Source: Oopsacas minuta
Lineage: Eukaryota > Animalia > Porifera
Length of the DNA: 64,000 nt
Assembly: GCA_024704765.1 (NCBI GenBank)
Contig: JAKMXF010000295.1
Coordinates: 478,109-542,108, forward strand
Direction: 5' to 3'
Made by a program: the position numbers and the translations under genes. The notes under the pieces were generated by a model. That model was not told the DNA's origin, made no database searches, and worked only from the letters and a program-made list of their open reading frames with translations. Below, piece by piece: positions 1 through 14,852 of the stretch; positions within the stretch are counted from its first letter, which is position 1, and each line of letters opens with the position of its first letter.

Positions 1-3000
1 ATTCTTGTTTCTTGTCAATGCTACACAAACTTTGCATGATGTTTCCAAATTTGTGTACATTTTCACCTCGCCCACTAATAAGGGGTTTACATTCGATATT
101 GCATTTTCACTATATTGAAGGTGCAGAGGTGTTGTGCAATGCAAGGACATAGTGTTAATAACAGGAGCCATCGCATGGTCACAATCTCTAACTATAAGTT
201 TTGTGATTGTTTAAATGCATTCACTAGAAATTTACTATAAGATTAAGCTAAAATTTGAGTTTTCCCATTATTTATTTTCAAGCGTAATATAGGTAGAGGA
301 TTTGACCGCCTTGGTTAGTTCTATTGCTTGCATCAAATATTGGTGGATTGTATCAAGATTCTGGGCCATCTTTCAAGGCTATCAGTTATTGTCTAGAAAG
401 TTTTACTCAGGGGACCATCCTCAACTGTTTGTATCTCATGACATAAGCCTTTCCCGGTTTGTCTCTCTTGAGATAGTCTTTAAAATTCGTAGCATCCAAA
501 CTTTTCTCCTCAATACAGTTGAAATCGATTATGTACATCTTGATAAGTACATGTAGATATAATAGGAATCTTCTTATCATGACCTTTAAAGATAAGCAAC
601 TAGTTAATTTTAGTTGCTGAGAGGCCAGCACGCATAACTTTTAATCTAAGTTTGATGAATTCCAAAGAACTCTAGAGTGTGAGTGTGGCTTCAAATAGAC
701 TAACACATAGCATTCTATACAGTAAAACAATGGCACTTTATTAAAATTCTGGACCATGTATGGCAATTACTCTGAACCAATATTTCAAATACTTATTATA
801 TTGTCTTTCAACGCTATCCTAAAGTGCTCTGATGTAACATTTGTTATATTTAATGATTTAGGACAACCCAACCTGATTGTCATTATGACACTTCAATAGT
901 AGAAAACCAATTCATAATAAACAACACATTACTATTTAAGTATATATTTGTAATCCAAAATACATTCCAAATATTTCGTTTATTTGACTCTTCATTTTCA
1001 CTCTCTCCACTCGTTAGGCAGACTTGCAGAAATAGTTGAATTATCTAAAACAAGATAAAGAAAAATTGGCATATATTTAGCTTAGTTTTATCTCTTTTTA
1101 AGACCTTATCATTATATTTCGAACCCTCTTTCGACAGGATGAAAGTAGCAGTTCAACCATAAACTATCCAAAAATACATCTATGTTTTATATGGCTTCTA
1201 TTTTAATACTTTGCCGTCATCCTAAAAATTCTAATATGAGAGCTTTCAATTTAAGCGTGATCCATGATAATATACACAATACAATACATGAAAATATTCT
1301 TGCAACTGTAAACAACACTAATTAAGCAAGAAGTGAATTAACTATAATATTTTGTTCATTTTGTGAGTATTGTGAATATCGGTTAAGTTTGCAGATATGA
1401 TTCAATTCTCAACAAGGTTTGCATGCAACAAAACACAGAAATGAATACGATTCATTTGCTATGGCAAAGAAGATTAATGAAGATATCTCTTGTTTCATTG
1501 TGGAAGAATTCTTACGAGCCAGATGCTCACAATATCCACGAATCAGTTTGTTACATGATTCTACAGCTTCTTCAGAATACTCTTTCATTAACTATAGTGC
1601 ATTCTCGGATTAACTCAGCGCTATGAGCTGACAACTTATGAAAAGTAGATGAAATATATGCCCAAGATTACTTGGGAACTAAATACTTGTAGGTTTCCCT
1701 GCAGATAACTTATAAAGTCAAACGTAATATCACGGAGAGATTGTTCTGAATCTTTTAGAGTGGCTCATTGTTCATATTGCCATGTTATAAAGCATTCTGA
1801 AAGCAATGGGTATATAATCTAAACAATCTAAGAATTTCTAAGATTATCTCTACTTCTACCTATTATCCCACTGTGTGATATAAGACCATGCTAAGCACAA
1901 ATCCCTCAATATATTCCAATTCCAGACGCCACTGAAACGTCCATATTTCCAGATATCACTGTATCTATATTCAATACTGCTCATAGAAATACATACCTTC
2001 AAGGTACTGGATGATTCAGAATAGAATCTCAGCTTAGAGACCGATAATTTGGACAAATGTTTTATATAAGATATTCTCACATTTCACCACAAACCCGAGG
2101 AGGATATTTAAGAGAACCCCACTAACTCAGTATTTTTTAAGTTATGCTTCGGTTCTTCCTAGGCGCATCGAAATCCAGCTATGGGGGCATTCAGTTTGGC
2201 AATTATCACAGCAACTATCACTTTCAGCAAATTTGGATTTAGACAGTTTCTGGTACTGATTTTCGATTAAGACGCAGTACAATGTCTAGAAATACTTTAT
2301 ACTACTAATTAGTGTTGATCCTTAAAATTCCGAATCTCGATTTTCCGACTCCTCGGTTATCCGAACAGCAGGAAGACACATAAAATATTGTCTAACTGTA
2401 ACCGACTACCGAAGAAGTGTTACGTTCATAATCAAATGTAACATGAAAATTTTACCACTTCGTTTCAACCAATTCCCGCATCCTAATCGAGATTTTGGTA
2501 CCTTTTGGACATCGTAAAATCACAGATTTTCCTGGCAGTATTCTATAAATCTTAGAATGGAGTCAGACTAGTTTTTTGAACTATATGATAATTTTAGGTA
2601 CATATTAATAGAATCGTCCTGTGAAATATTCAAATTACCAAATCAATAATCTGGTTTATCCCCGAGCACTGAATTCCATTTTTATCAAATTTGACTATTT
2701 TGTTTACCGAACAAATTCACTTATTCAAACACCAAAAGTGCATAGCGAAGGTAATTGAATAATCGTTGTATTTACATTTCAAATTATTCATATGGTACTG
2801 GTAGCCGCCTTTCTCTGTTGGTTGTGTGACTAGGGTTGTTACGCCATGCAAATGTTCTAAAGCTAGTAAAGGTCTGTTCTGTCACTTTTTCTGATGTAAA
2901 TGGCAGATTAACCTAGCAATACAACCAAGGGACAACGTCACTCAATAAAGTTAAACTAAAGTCCGGCGTGTAAATTGGAGCTGAATATTTACCCTTAATT

Positions 3001-6000
3001 CTTTTTTTCTGACCCAGTGTATATTTACTATATCTACACTTTGTGGATTAGCTCAAGAAATTCTACAGTTTTATTCTTGTATAAAGTGTTATTTTCTATT
3101 TTCCAAACTAAGACCAGCAGATTCTGTCTCATGGTTTATTTTTCAATCCGAAACTAAACTAATATTTTGTCGTTCGAACCTACATGCTCGACGAGCCCTC
3201 CCTGTTAATTTTGGAGCATGTTTCAAGGCATACATTTATCAGATTTACACAAATTACTGATATCTTCAAATCGTGTATATCCAATGCTGGCTCGATAAAT
3301 TGAGAAAAATATTTATTTGTCATGTCACATATATTTCGTTGTGCTGCTTTACTGGCGATCATCGAATTTGGAAATAATGAAATAATTTCAAAAAATCTTT
3401 CAGATTTCCTGATGGATTTGATGATGTTGAATAGTATTAAAAACAAAATTAATATTCTGGAACTGAACATTGAGTGGTAAGTTATCTGTACATACTGCTT
3501 CAACAAATATGCCACAGTCTTCAATATCACAAATAATTGATTTAACAATTGGATGTACTGTTTCTGTAGAAGAAACACTCAAAGGTATTAACCTTGTTAA
3601 TATATTACAAATTTCCAGTGAAAAAAGACAGTCATGCGTGGATCATCAGGATTTTTAATCGATGCTATTACCCTTCTTCCCTTATTAGCTCATTCCTACG
3701 AAAGTAGACTTGATCCATTTGAAGTAAGATATGACGTTAAATAATTAAATGTTGAAGCATCCTCCCTAGAATTTAGTATATTCGGTCTCCAATTCAATAA
3801 TCTTTTTACTCTTCAATAATTTACGTTCGTGCGGAAGAATAATACAGTTAGAGCTCTGAATAAGACAATTACAAGGTGCTGATATTCCATGGATTAATAT
3901 GAGACCTAAATAAGAATTCTATACCTGAAAGCATGTTTCTCAGTATATGTATTTCAGCTGATCAAGCAAAAATATAAACTCAGTATCATGTAATAATTTT
4001 CTGTTTCGATATCAGTTCCTGAATAAGTGGGATTTAAAGTTGTATCAATAGCATTTGTTATAATATTACTGGCGTTATTCACGTAGGGAATCATATGGGT
4101 GGCTGAAGATAATCAGTTCTCATACTTGTTCATTTCAAATAATTCGCCTTCATGAATGATGTTTTCTAAAGACTTAGCATTGTTAATTGATTGGCACGAT
4201 ATGGAATTTTATTTGTTTCTCGATAAAAGTCCTTACATCTTATCAACTTATGCTTACTTCAATATTAATAGAAGGATCGATTGTTGAAATTTCAATATAT
4301 AATCATATCTTTGGAAAAGCATGATGGTAGAATTGAGACGAAAAATACCCTAGTAATAAGGAACTTACTCTAATTGATGGTAGAAATAATCAACTTTTAT
4401 AATATTAGAGATCAAACTGGGGTTGTTAAATTTAACCCTTGACGGAATATATCTATTAATAGTATATTCACATACTATATTGTTGTGATTACATCAGTGG
4501 ATCTATTTCCAGAACCTGAGGTTGAAATAATACATTTTTAGCATTGTAGGCTGAGAATTCTGATAATTTCATTCATATATCAATTATGTGAATATCCCAG
4601 AAAATTAAGTTTATCATTGTCCTCAAATTTTTCTAAATAAATATGAAGTACATGAATATATCATAATTACTTATTTAATCATGAAATACTATAAATTCAT
4701 GGAGATAGTGTTTCGAATGATCTCAGGGTAATTGCCATCCATGATCCAAAATTTTAAGTATCATTGCCTTAACCGAATACTGACGTTATGATGTATCATT
4801 TTATAACTTGGGCTGAAATCTCGATTTTGGGTGCAGGAATTGGTTAAAACGAAGTGGTAAATTAATATTTTCCTTTTGTTACGAACTTAACACTTCGGCC
4901 GTAGTCGTTTAATATATGGCAGTGTTCTGCATCCCCTATTTACTTGCCGCATGTGTTCGGAATTCTGAATCTTGCGGCGGGAATATATCTTAAAAGACAA
5001 AAGGTATTATACAGTTTACATAATACGATTTTGCATTAGATTTCCTTGTAGTCTTTCATTTCAATTAATTCTTTAATCACTAATCAGATCCTATTTAATA
5101 TCTATGCAGCATTCATATCCAGCCTACATTCATGCCATCTTCGTTAATCAAATCCCAGGATAGATTTTGCATGTTCATGCCCCAAAATTTAGCTCGCTCG
5201 CTCGCTCGTAATGTTAACAGGTGATATATTCTTTTACTATAGCCTGCTTCACATAAGGCCTCATAACTGATTATGGATATTGAACCAGGGCTACACGACA
5301 CGACCGAAGTGAAATGTAACGAATATGTCGCCATGCTTTAATCATCATTACTTTGTATAATATAGTATTACATGAATATTTCGTAGTTTACATGCATTGT
5401 CATACTTTATACATTTTCACTTTAAAATACATTATAATAGTAGCAAACATAGGTGTTAATTTCACATTATGATCAACAAACGAGGCATAACTCGACATAT
5501 ATTCATTGTATATACATGAATTAATCCATGCGAGGTAGAAGCATTTGATTAATTCGACACAAAGATGACTTATGTGCAATATAGCGCTAATCGAGGAACC
5601 AAAATACCGACTTTGAGTTTCAAACAAGATCATAAATGTATTCTAACTGGGATACTTCATAGCCTACTAAAGAGAAAGTTATTTATTTCCGTAATTGGCA
5701 AAAGTATTTGATAAACCACTCTATCTTTGAAATCATGATGAACTATTCACCTATGTTCTAATTGTTGAAATACCAAATGATCTAAAATCGTCTCTGTACA
5801 AATACTAGAATTTTTTCATGATAAAGTTCGCACGTTTCTCAGTTATCACACAGTCCATGGATGTCACATCTTTTGCCATTATCCACTTATAACTCGATAA
5901 TCGTGGAAATGATGGTCAAATCAGGATAGTCATTTTATAGCATACACCCACTTTCCTATACCCTTGTATATCATTTTGATATGATATCTCTCAAGATTAT

Positions 6001-6759
6001 TCGCAATCTCAAACATGGCCATATACAGTATAGGCATATTGATGATTACGTCATATTGGTATAGTGTGCGAAATATGACCATTATCAGGTGGTATCCCCA
6101 TGTTCTTAATACATTATTATACATGAGATTTCATCTATGCACACTTAGGGTGCTGGCTACCTGAATCTAGATTAAGCCTGCGGACCTAGTATCTTGATGC
6201 TGCCATCAGTAGATATTCCGATATATTTTGATATTCTCGTAGTTCTAACTTACATAATACTCATAATTGCAATACTTTCAGTGTTCAAGGCAGGGTTCCC
6301 CATTTCACTTCCCTGACTTATAGCCTCCTTATGGCCCGAACATACCAAAGGTAAGATACCCATACAGTGGCGTTGCCAGGTAATTGTTTACGATGCTGCG
6401 CAGGTGGTGCCCTATGTTGCGAGCAGTGGTGAAGCAGTCTGAAACCATTCAGAGATTAAATATAATGAATTGCCGGTACAATTTTACTATTTTCATCCTA
6501 CTTGGTGCAATCAAAAAGTCCCCACCCTTAGTTTATAGCAGCCAAACTCTACTGGATTACAAGAAATACATAGTATATCCTAATAGTCCTATCAATTACC
6601 AATTTAATGCTGTTGAACAATTCCCTCTAGCTAATATATATATCTTGATCTATCCTAGTTTCAATTTACCTATTTTCGAGAGTAAACTTTTTCATGGCTT
6701 CAAAACACATATTAAGCAAAACAGAGCAACTAGCTTACATAAAGATTCGACCGTACTCG

Positions 6760-7630
6760 GGGACAAAGCACTCGAAGATGCCCTTCGGACAGGAAGACCA
6801 ATTTCCTCTACCACCCTTGAAATTGCCTCTGAAATTCTGGAACTTTTGGATATTGACCCACATTTGAGCCTTGAAGAGATCTCATCGGGAAGTGTTCATA
6901 CAATTCCACACGATTTCTCGAATATCGAAAGATTTCAGGGCGATGGATACTAAATCTTCACAAAGGGGTAAAAATGGAAGAGGGTTTCATGCACAAAAAA
7001 TTTCTTAAAGAATAGTGAGATTGTAAATCTCGAAGGTTATATGAATTCGTTTCTCGTGACGAAACTTCGATTGTATATTCTGAGCCTCTGCGTAAGGAAC
7101 AAAGCAAATCGTGGCTCCCAAAGGTTCTTATCCCCCGAAAAGGCACATCCGGACTTCCGAGACGATAAGGTTCAGAATATTTTTTTGATGCTTATGGGCC
7201 AGTGGCTCAACTACCTGTCCCTAAAGGAGAACGACTCAATGGAGATTTTTTTGTTCATATATGCCTGAGGGAAGTCGAGAAAGTCTATAAAACATGACAT
7301 TCGCGTACAGGAACTCGAGGATTCTGACTTCTCCACGATAATGCCAGACCTCATGTTTCAAAATAAGTTACGGAAGTCATTGAGGATATCGGGTTTGAAA
7401 CGATGGAACATCCTCCGTATTCCTCAGATCTATCATTTTGTAATTTCTGGCTCTTTCCTGAGCTGGAAAACTTCTCGGAGGAAGGCTAATTCATACCCGA
7501 CAAGAGCTGGGAAACGGGGTTTACAAATACTTCATTTCAGTGGACAGAGACGAGTATAAGATCATTTTCGAAGTGGGTTGAAATGCTACAACTATGCATA
7601 GATGTAGATGCCGAGTATTTCGAACATTTT
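6760..7630 (+). pseudogene. Degenerate mariner (DD34D-type) transposase remnant
   Basis: Manual translation gives ALEDALRTGRPISS (about 6770-6810), then HDNARPHVSK*VTEVIEDIGFETMEHPPYSSDLSFCNFW (about 7334-7450). There are 34 residues after the D of HDNA, ending in N instead of D. Stops and frameshifts are present; no TIR pair was found. Confidence 0.7.
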
Positions 7631-8357
7631 ATGTAGAATATTGATTAGTAAGTTGTTATCGTGCCATGGTATTAACAAGGATGAGAATAAATGCCTTAAA
7701 TACATTCATCTGAAAAAGTGCAAATGATGCGCATCACGCGATGTTTTGTGCAGGATTTCTTGGTTGTGCGCCGCACGATATCGCACCTTCTTCAGCTTTC
7801 GGTCTCTTTCGAGGAGCTTTTCAACTTAACCATCTCCATTGGTTATTCAATATGTATCCTCAATGTATCCCTCCCGTCAATGTTTGGAACACACGAACTA
7901 TCTTGGGATCAGCCACATCTCCCGGTGAAGAGGCCGAAACAAAGAGTTTCATAGTTAATCCGGCTTGAATTGCATTGAAAATACCGGCCATTGTTTCTCA
8001 TTGTCATAGACCTAGGCACAACAGCTACTGGACATTGTATATATAGAAATACATGTTTATGGCTAGCTCACAAAAATTTCAAAACAGATATATATTTCAT
8101 GGAAATATTTACCACTTATGGGTTCTTACAGACTTATGTAAACATACAATTCCCAATTATGTGTCAATGACGACAGATTATAAAGTTTAAGATCAATCCG
8201 ATAACTCCGTAAATATTATCAAAAACACTAAATTTACTCTATAATATGTTATTTTACACTTCAATTATGAATATTCCCATATTAATTAACATTTACATCC
8301 CTTCACGTCGTGCATCCTGGTAATATAACCATAATCAATTGTGAAGCCATATATATA

Positions 8358-9540
8358 CAGGGTGCGTTTTCAGTCCTGTCCCATAACATAATGATGTTAT
8401 TTTTTCTACTAAATAATTATTCTTGTCATATTTTGATATTCATGTTTCTTTATCGTCTAGCTGTTTTTTCTGCTTTCTCATAATACATTATTGTTGAAGT
8501 TTTTTTCATTTTCGCTCGATGGAACTGGAAAGGTCAGCTATTATTGAATTATTCAAGATGAGAAGATTCGGAAAGAAATTTTTGATGCTCCTAAATTTAC
8601 CTGATAGTATGCGAAAGTTCGTCTACCGTACTATTCGTAGATACGATGAAACTGGATGTGTTGTATACAGGGCGAGAAGTGGTTGGCCACGTTCAGCGAT
8701 AACTCCAGCACTCCGAAAGGTTATCAGTGAATGCATTCGTAAGAATCCCCAATGTTCGATGTGAAGAATGGCTAAGGATCTTAAAGTCTTTGATTCTGCG
8801 GTCCGGCAAGTTGTTAAAATCGTCTTTGGAATGCATTCATTCAAAGAAGGAAAGTTCACTTCCTAATAACTGAACAAGTAAATGCAAAGGGGCTAGAGAG
8901 ATGCAAGGAACGACAGGATCATATCACACAAGCCTTCTGTTATTGATCCAGCACTAAAGTACATTCCTCGAGTCCAAATGCCACTCTGAGTAATGGTTTG
9001 GGGCGGAATATCGGCTGTGGGTCGGACGTCTCTGATATTTGTTCCGTCAGGGGTGAAAATTAACTCCACGACATACTTTAGCCTAATTTAGAGCCCGTAT
9101 TGAAGAACCTTAGTGGAAACATTGGGCACCAGCCCACACATCAAATGTAACTCAAAGCTGGCTCTATAAGAATGTTCCACGATTTATTCAGAAAGAACAA
9201 TGGCCACCCTATAGCCCAGACCTCAACCCAATAACTATTCCATATGGTCTATTCTGGAATCTAGAGTTTGCACTAATTCTCACAAAGTGTCGAGGCTTTA
9301 AAGCGAAAGTTGAGAGAGGAATGGGAGAAGATACCACAAGAGGTACTATGTGCTGCTTTAGAGGCACTACCTGATAGATTTCAGAAGTTATTCAAAACAA
9401 AGGAGGATATATTGAGTAACTTGCGTGTGTATATGAAGATATTGTCTTTCAAATCAGTAGTACAAGTTTTAGAAATATAGCAAGTGTTTTGTTGAAGGTA
9501 GAGATATTTAGCTATGGGACAGGACGTAAAACGCACCTTG
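8358..9540 (+). mobile_element. Tc1/mariner-superfamily element, DD37D (maT)-like, internally deleted and decayed
   Basis: The TIRs are CAGGGTGCGTTTTCAGTCCTGTCCCATA and CAAGGTGCGTTTTACGTCCTGTCCCATA (25/28), and both ends are flanked by TA. Fragments include MELERSAIIELF..FVYRTIRRYDETG..RSG, VMVWGGISAVGRTSLIFVPSGVKIN and WPPYSPDLNP. Confidence 0.9.
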
Positions 9541-9660
9541 TAGTAGGCAATGATTATCCAAGGATTCTGAGAATAATTGCTAAAAATATTGAAGTTTCTC
9601 TTCCTCAACAAATACAAATATCTATGTAATACAGGTCTATCTAACATTCTCCCATTAGAG

Positions 9661-9745
9661 CAGTGGTCCTCAAACCTTTACATTAAGTTTTTGTCCCGGT
9701 TCCTCGTACTTGATTTTTTCACGCAGGGACCCTAAACACAATGAA
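9661..9745. repeat. Solitary Buster/Charlie-type hAT terminus
   Basis: CAGTGGTCCTCAAACC resembles the TIR at 12413 and is preceded by CATTAGAG, which fits the nnnTAnnn pattern. No partner TIR or second TSD copy was found. Confidence 0.5.
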
Positions 9746-12412
9746 AGTTCTGCCTTTCCCTTATCCTGCCCTGAAGTAATAATATGAACAACTAATCTAG
9801 AAACAATTAATATCCTGAAATATGTACATTCATTGGATACATTTTGAAATACATTATGTAAGAAATTGTCAAAGCAGAAACGTTAGTGTTATTTAGGTCA
9901 ATTTTTGATGGCAAGATGTCTGGAATCTCAAGTGGAGCTGGAGGGCCAAATTTCCAACTCTGCACTGCAACGAGAAATCAGTTGAAGCTATAGATCTAGT
10001 TAAATCTGTTTCGGAATAAAACTGAACCATTGATGATGCCAAACAAATCTTTCTAGATGTAGATCAAGAAGAGTATCTCAAATTAAACTCTAAAATGAGG
10101 TTTAGCCTGACACATACACCGGCTTCTGACAAGAATATCTTATCTACATCCCCTCTTCATAGTTATTTATGTGTCTTTCGCTGGCTTATGCTATTGATTA
10201 ATCATTTAGATGGCGGAATGAAGGAATGGCTGCCTTTGCATCATCAAGTTCAATCTTCGATGCATCGAATGCGTAATCTCTTGCTTGAGAAGATTGGATA
10301 ATAAACAGATTATCCATCCAGTGCTGGTGGTACCACTACCACTGGTAATATAGCAAGAAAATATTTTCTCAGTAAAAATTTTACTACTTGTGCTACATCC
10401 ACGATGATTGAGGAAGACCGACTTGTTCTTAGCACTATTCACACAAACCTCTCAGTAGCATTGCGGTGTATAATTCTCAAAAAAGGATAGACACTGATAA
10501 ACTCTCAACTCTTTGCCAAGATACTGACGATGAAAAACTTTGTAAATTTCCTTAGGCGAACATAACACTGTCCCTTCATAAATTACTTCATAATCTTCAG
10601 GATTAATCAGTGATTTCAATGGTTGTTTCGAATTGAAGACTTTATTTGAAGAATACTTGGAATCAGTAAACAAACATGTAAGAAGATATAAGGAGAAATT
10701 TGCTTGTGAATTTTCTTTTGAAAACAATGTAAGTAACACTTTCGTCAGACTCTTGAGTCAGAGTCACCCTATCCTTGCTCTATATCGCAACTTATCAGAT
10801 GTTCACAATGAATAAATCAACAATCTGAATAAGATATAATCTGGAGACGTTAATACTTAACTGAAGCTCTTTATATAATGAATCAATTAGTAATTTATCT
10901 TATATCAGCATACCTAGTAATATAGTAACATAATATACATAATTCAATACTTATCACTTAAAAATTATGAAAATAAAATTTGATCATGTATGGTATGAAG
11001 GTGGTATGACGGCATTCCAGAAAAATTCGAAACCATATATAAATCTGACTGGTTTGATCGACTAGTTTGGGTCGATAACCCATAAGTAAATGATACATTA
11101 TACAGAGCTAGCACACATCTAAATACCTAATCCGCCAATTTGTCATTTTGAGCCACTGTGAGGTTGGGAAATATATTGTTATCCAACAAAATATGTGAGT
11201 ATTCCTCAAAACACTTAGCCATAGGCCAATAACACTCTTAATCCAGCCTGACAAGAATATAAACATTAATCGATAACGTATTTTGAATAATTTAATCATT
11301 CAAATATTCGATATGATGGATGTGTCAGTCTAGAGGATATTAATTCTTTTATTCTTTCTTAGGTCTGAGATTAGGCATACTTCTTATGACTTTCCAGTTT
11401 CCACGGACAGCGTACTTCTTAATTTGCTTGATTCAAGATGTAAATAAAGAGAAGTAGTGTCATAATATGTTTTCAATCCTAGTAATTTCCCAAGAATAAT
11501 CTGTGATCAAATACAATAATATACATGTTGTGCCTTAGATCTGTCTTTGAGGCACTATGAAATGTAAGGTTTAACTCCATTACCCAGTACCTCCAATTTA
11601 TAGTGTCACTTTGTAAACAAGTTAAATTTATTAACTAAGCTGTTTGCAAAGATTGTATGTAGTTTAGATTATTTCCTCGCTCTGCTCTTATTAAAAATCT
11701 ATATAATAATAATTGTACCAATTGAACTTAGAATTTACATGAATGCATATCATGCAGCACTATATGAACCTATCATTTAACAAATACATATTTACAACTA
11801 ATGAATAATGCGATTATTATCGATGACATGTGCTATATAATGAAAATTATATATGTGCTTTTACAAAACCACTATAAGTAAAGAAATTTTTCTGTCGAAA
11901 TGTGTGAAATGTTTTGTACTTATTTCACACGTTACGAAAGAAAATCCTTTATAAATTTATTGCTAGAGGACAGTTAATTTTTGACAATTGTGAAATAGGA
12001 GCTCTTGGTAGCTGATGGATTAGCAAGGGGGATAAGCACATCCGACGAATATCTGAAATCTATAAATAATCATATTGGACCTTAAATATACCCAGATTTA
12101 ACTATTGTGACATGTAAAAAATATGATTAATACAAAATGGCAACCATTTTAATACTGGCCCACTACATAGTAGTTTGCACAGTAAATATTGAAAATTTTC
12201 AAAAGTTCAGAAACAGTTTTTATATTAAATAGATTTATATTAAATAACCCTGCCCACTCTGAATCAAAATTGACATTTCACCAATCCAGGAAAATGGCCT
12301 TTTAACACACTGAAAGTGAATAGTAATACCGGCCGAGATACAATTTTTGTGTATAACTGTATTTTATATACCTTCAAGAATCTAAAATTATATCCGTGAA
12401 TGTCGGCTAGGT

Positions 12413-14852
12413 CAGTGCTTCTCAAACTTTTGATGTCGCTACCCCAAAGTTTCTCCATTACAATTCCACGGACCCCTGCTTGTTGGTCTTATTTTTAGTA
12501 ATATAATTTTTTTTATTATCGTATTACATCAGTGTTAAGTAGTAAGAGGTATATTGTGATATAATTATAAGATCAATTATACTAATGAGAACTGTGTGCT
12601 TGCTTCGATTTGACGAGCTTATCTAGCCTCGGTTCGTTTGATGAAAGTGCCACACGTAGTGGAGATCTGACATCCAGAGAATTCCTATACTTTGTTTTGA
12701 TAATGCTCATTGTTGAAAACCCCATCTCACAAAGGTAAGTGGATGGAAAGGGTAGAATTATTTTCAGGGCCAACTCACTAAGTTCTGGATATTCGGGTCT
12801 AACCTTTATCCAGAATTCAGCGAGTGTTATTTCGCTGTAAAAAATATTCTTTAATCCTTGATCCCCTGCCAGGTCTATTGATTTGTCTTCTAAATGAACA
12901 TTCAACTCGTCCTTCAATTGCAAAATGGGATTACAGATCCAACCGTTTCCTTCTCTAGGATCTTGTTCTTTCGGGAAGTTAAATTCAAAGCGCTCAGCTA
13001 GTGATTTCAAATGTTCGGTGATAATATTCGCTAGAGAAGTCGCATCAAGTCCACTTTCACAATTAATTATTTCCGATAAATTTGGAAACATGTAGTAACA
13101 ATCTCGGGAGACTCGATGTTTCCATGCAGCTAACTTTCTTTTAAAACCGTCAATCTTGTTAGCTGTTGCAAAATTAGTTGTCATCCTACCTTGCATTGAT
13201 CTGTTTAGCTCATTAAGCATTGAGAATATATCAGACAGATATGCCAGCTTTGTACTCCAGTTTACATCTCGAAATTTTTCAGCCCATTCACGTTTTTTAT
13301 CAAGCAGAAATGTTGTTAGTTCGTTTCGGAGCTCAAAAACTCTTGATAACACTTTTCCTCTGGATAGCCAACGTACTTCAGCATGCAAGAGCAGTTGTAT
13401 ATGGTCAGCTCCCATCTGATCACACAAGGAAGCGAATAAGCGAGAATTCAGAGCGTTCGCTTTTACATGGTTGACAACTTTGACAACTTGACATAGTACA
13501 TCGTTGAGTTCCTTTGACATCTTCTTTGTTGCTAAGTTTTCTCGATGAATAAAACAGTGTGTTGACTCGCAATCTGGTGCTACTTCTTTAATTTTTGCAA
13601 CAACTCCAGAATGTCGACCTGTCATTGCAGCAGCACCGTCAGTACGTACACCAACACAAAACTTCCAATCTAATCCTGATTCATCAATGATATAGTTATT
13701 CAATCCATCAAAAATTTGAGAACTAGTGATATTTGTAGGCAATGATATCGAACATAAATACTCTTCTTTCACATCACCACAATGTTCAAAACTAACATAT
13801 AACAACAAAATCGCTAAATTTGCTACCTCAGTAGATTCATCAAGCTGCAAAGAATACCATTTGGCTGATTTTATTTGTTCGATCAGCTGTTCTTCCATGT
13901 CTCAAGCAAGATCGATCACTCTTCTAGCAACAGTGTCGTTTGACAGTGGAACCCGCGCAGTTATCTTTGCTAAGATTCTCACAACATTTCTCGGCATACA
14001 TCACCAATGCAACCAACCAGAAGTTGTCCCCCAATTATGTATGTTTTTTTGCCTTTGTAATACGTAAAGATACCTTGTAAGAAGCTCTTAATGCTGAAAC
14101 ATTTGTGTGAGATGAAACATACATTTGTTTCTGGCAGCCTGTTAATTCGTCGCGCTTTCTCTTAAAAAGCTCAACTGGTTTTGAGATCAGATCCTTGTGC
14201 TTCGTTTGTAAATGTCTACTGAGGTTTGAAGGCTTTAAAGCTTCATTGGAAAAACCTCGCCACATACAACACACTGGGGCTTCTGTAATCCATCTTTAAA
14301 TATAGAAGTAAAACCAAAACGAATGAATGAAATGTCTTAGTTACGGATTTTCGTACAACCTCTTTTGCCCGGTTTGTCGGATTTATCAATTAACTCATCT
14401 TCATCAGATCCCGAAATCTCTTGAGAATCTGTATAGAGTTTATTACTCTTAGTTAGATAAGTATCCAATTGTCCTCGCTTTCGTTTGGCCATAAAATTCT
14501 TTTTCAACGATAGCAAATTAATAACTAAGATATTAATAGATATTAGCAAAGGTACGATCTATTTAAACAATATCAATGAAAGCTCTACCTACTCTTAAAA
14601 CAGGATGATTGTTTGTATTTATCGCTCTATGTTATATGTTTGCAGGGTGACATCATTCTAAATAGCATTCTTGGAAGTGGAATAAGTGTAATTTGTTTAC
14701 AATTCGAGGAAAGCGAAAGGAATTCAGATATTATCGTAGAAGTTGTGTGGAATAACTAAAACTCTAATGAATAAAATTTCGTAAATCACTTTCCATAGCC
14801 ATTCCGCAGCCCCTTTGCAACCTCCTCGCGGCCCCCAGTTTGAGTACCACTG
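12413..14852 (-). mobile_element. Full-length Buster-type hAT transposon
   Basis: The TIRs are CAGTGCTTCTCAAACT and CAGTGGTACTCAAACT (14/16). A perfect 8-bp TSD GGCTAGGT lies at 12405-12412 and 14853-14860, with the central TA typical of Buster elements. Confidence 0.95.
12582..14549 (-). pseudogene. Buster/ZBED5-like hAT transposase with a frameshifted N-terminus and an open 438-aa catalytic core
   Basis: The fragments are at 14337-14549, 14035-14274 (CCMW..LKPSNLSRHLQTKH, BED-like) and 12582-13898. The last carries LDEST, TDGAAAM, HCFIH, EVRWLSRG, LPFPSTYLCEMGFS and KQAHSSH. Confidence 0.92.

Noticed and set aside
1400-2100. Possible pogo/CENP-B-like HTH remnant (EEFLRAR..YPRIS)
   Set aside because: It is too degenerate; no DDE motif or TIR could be confirmed.
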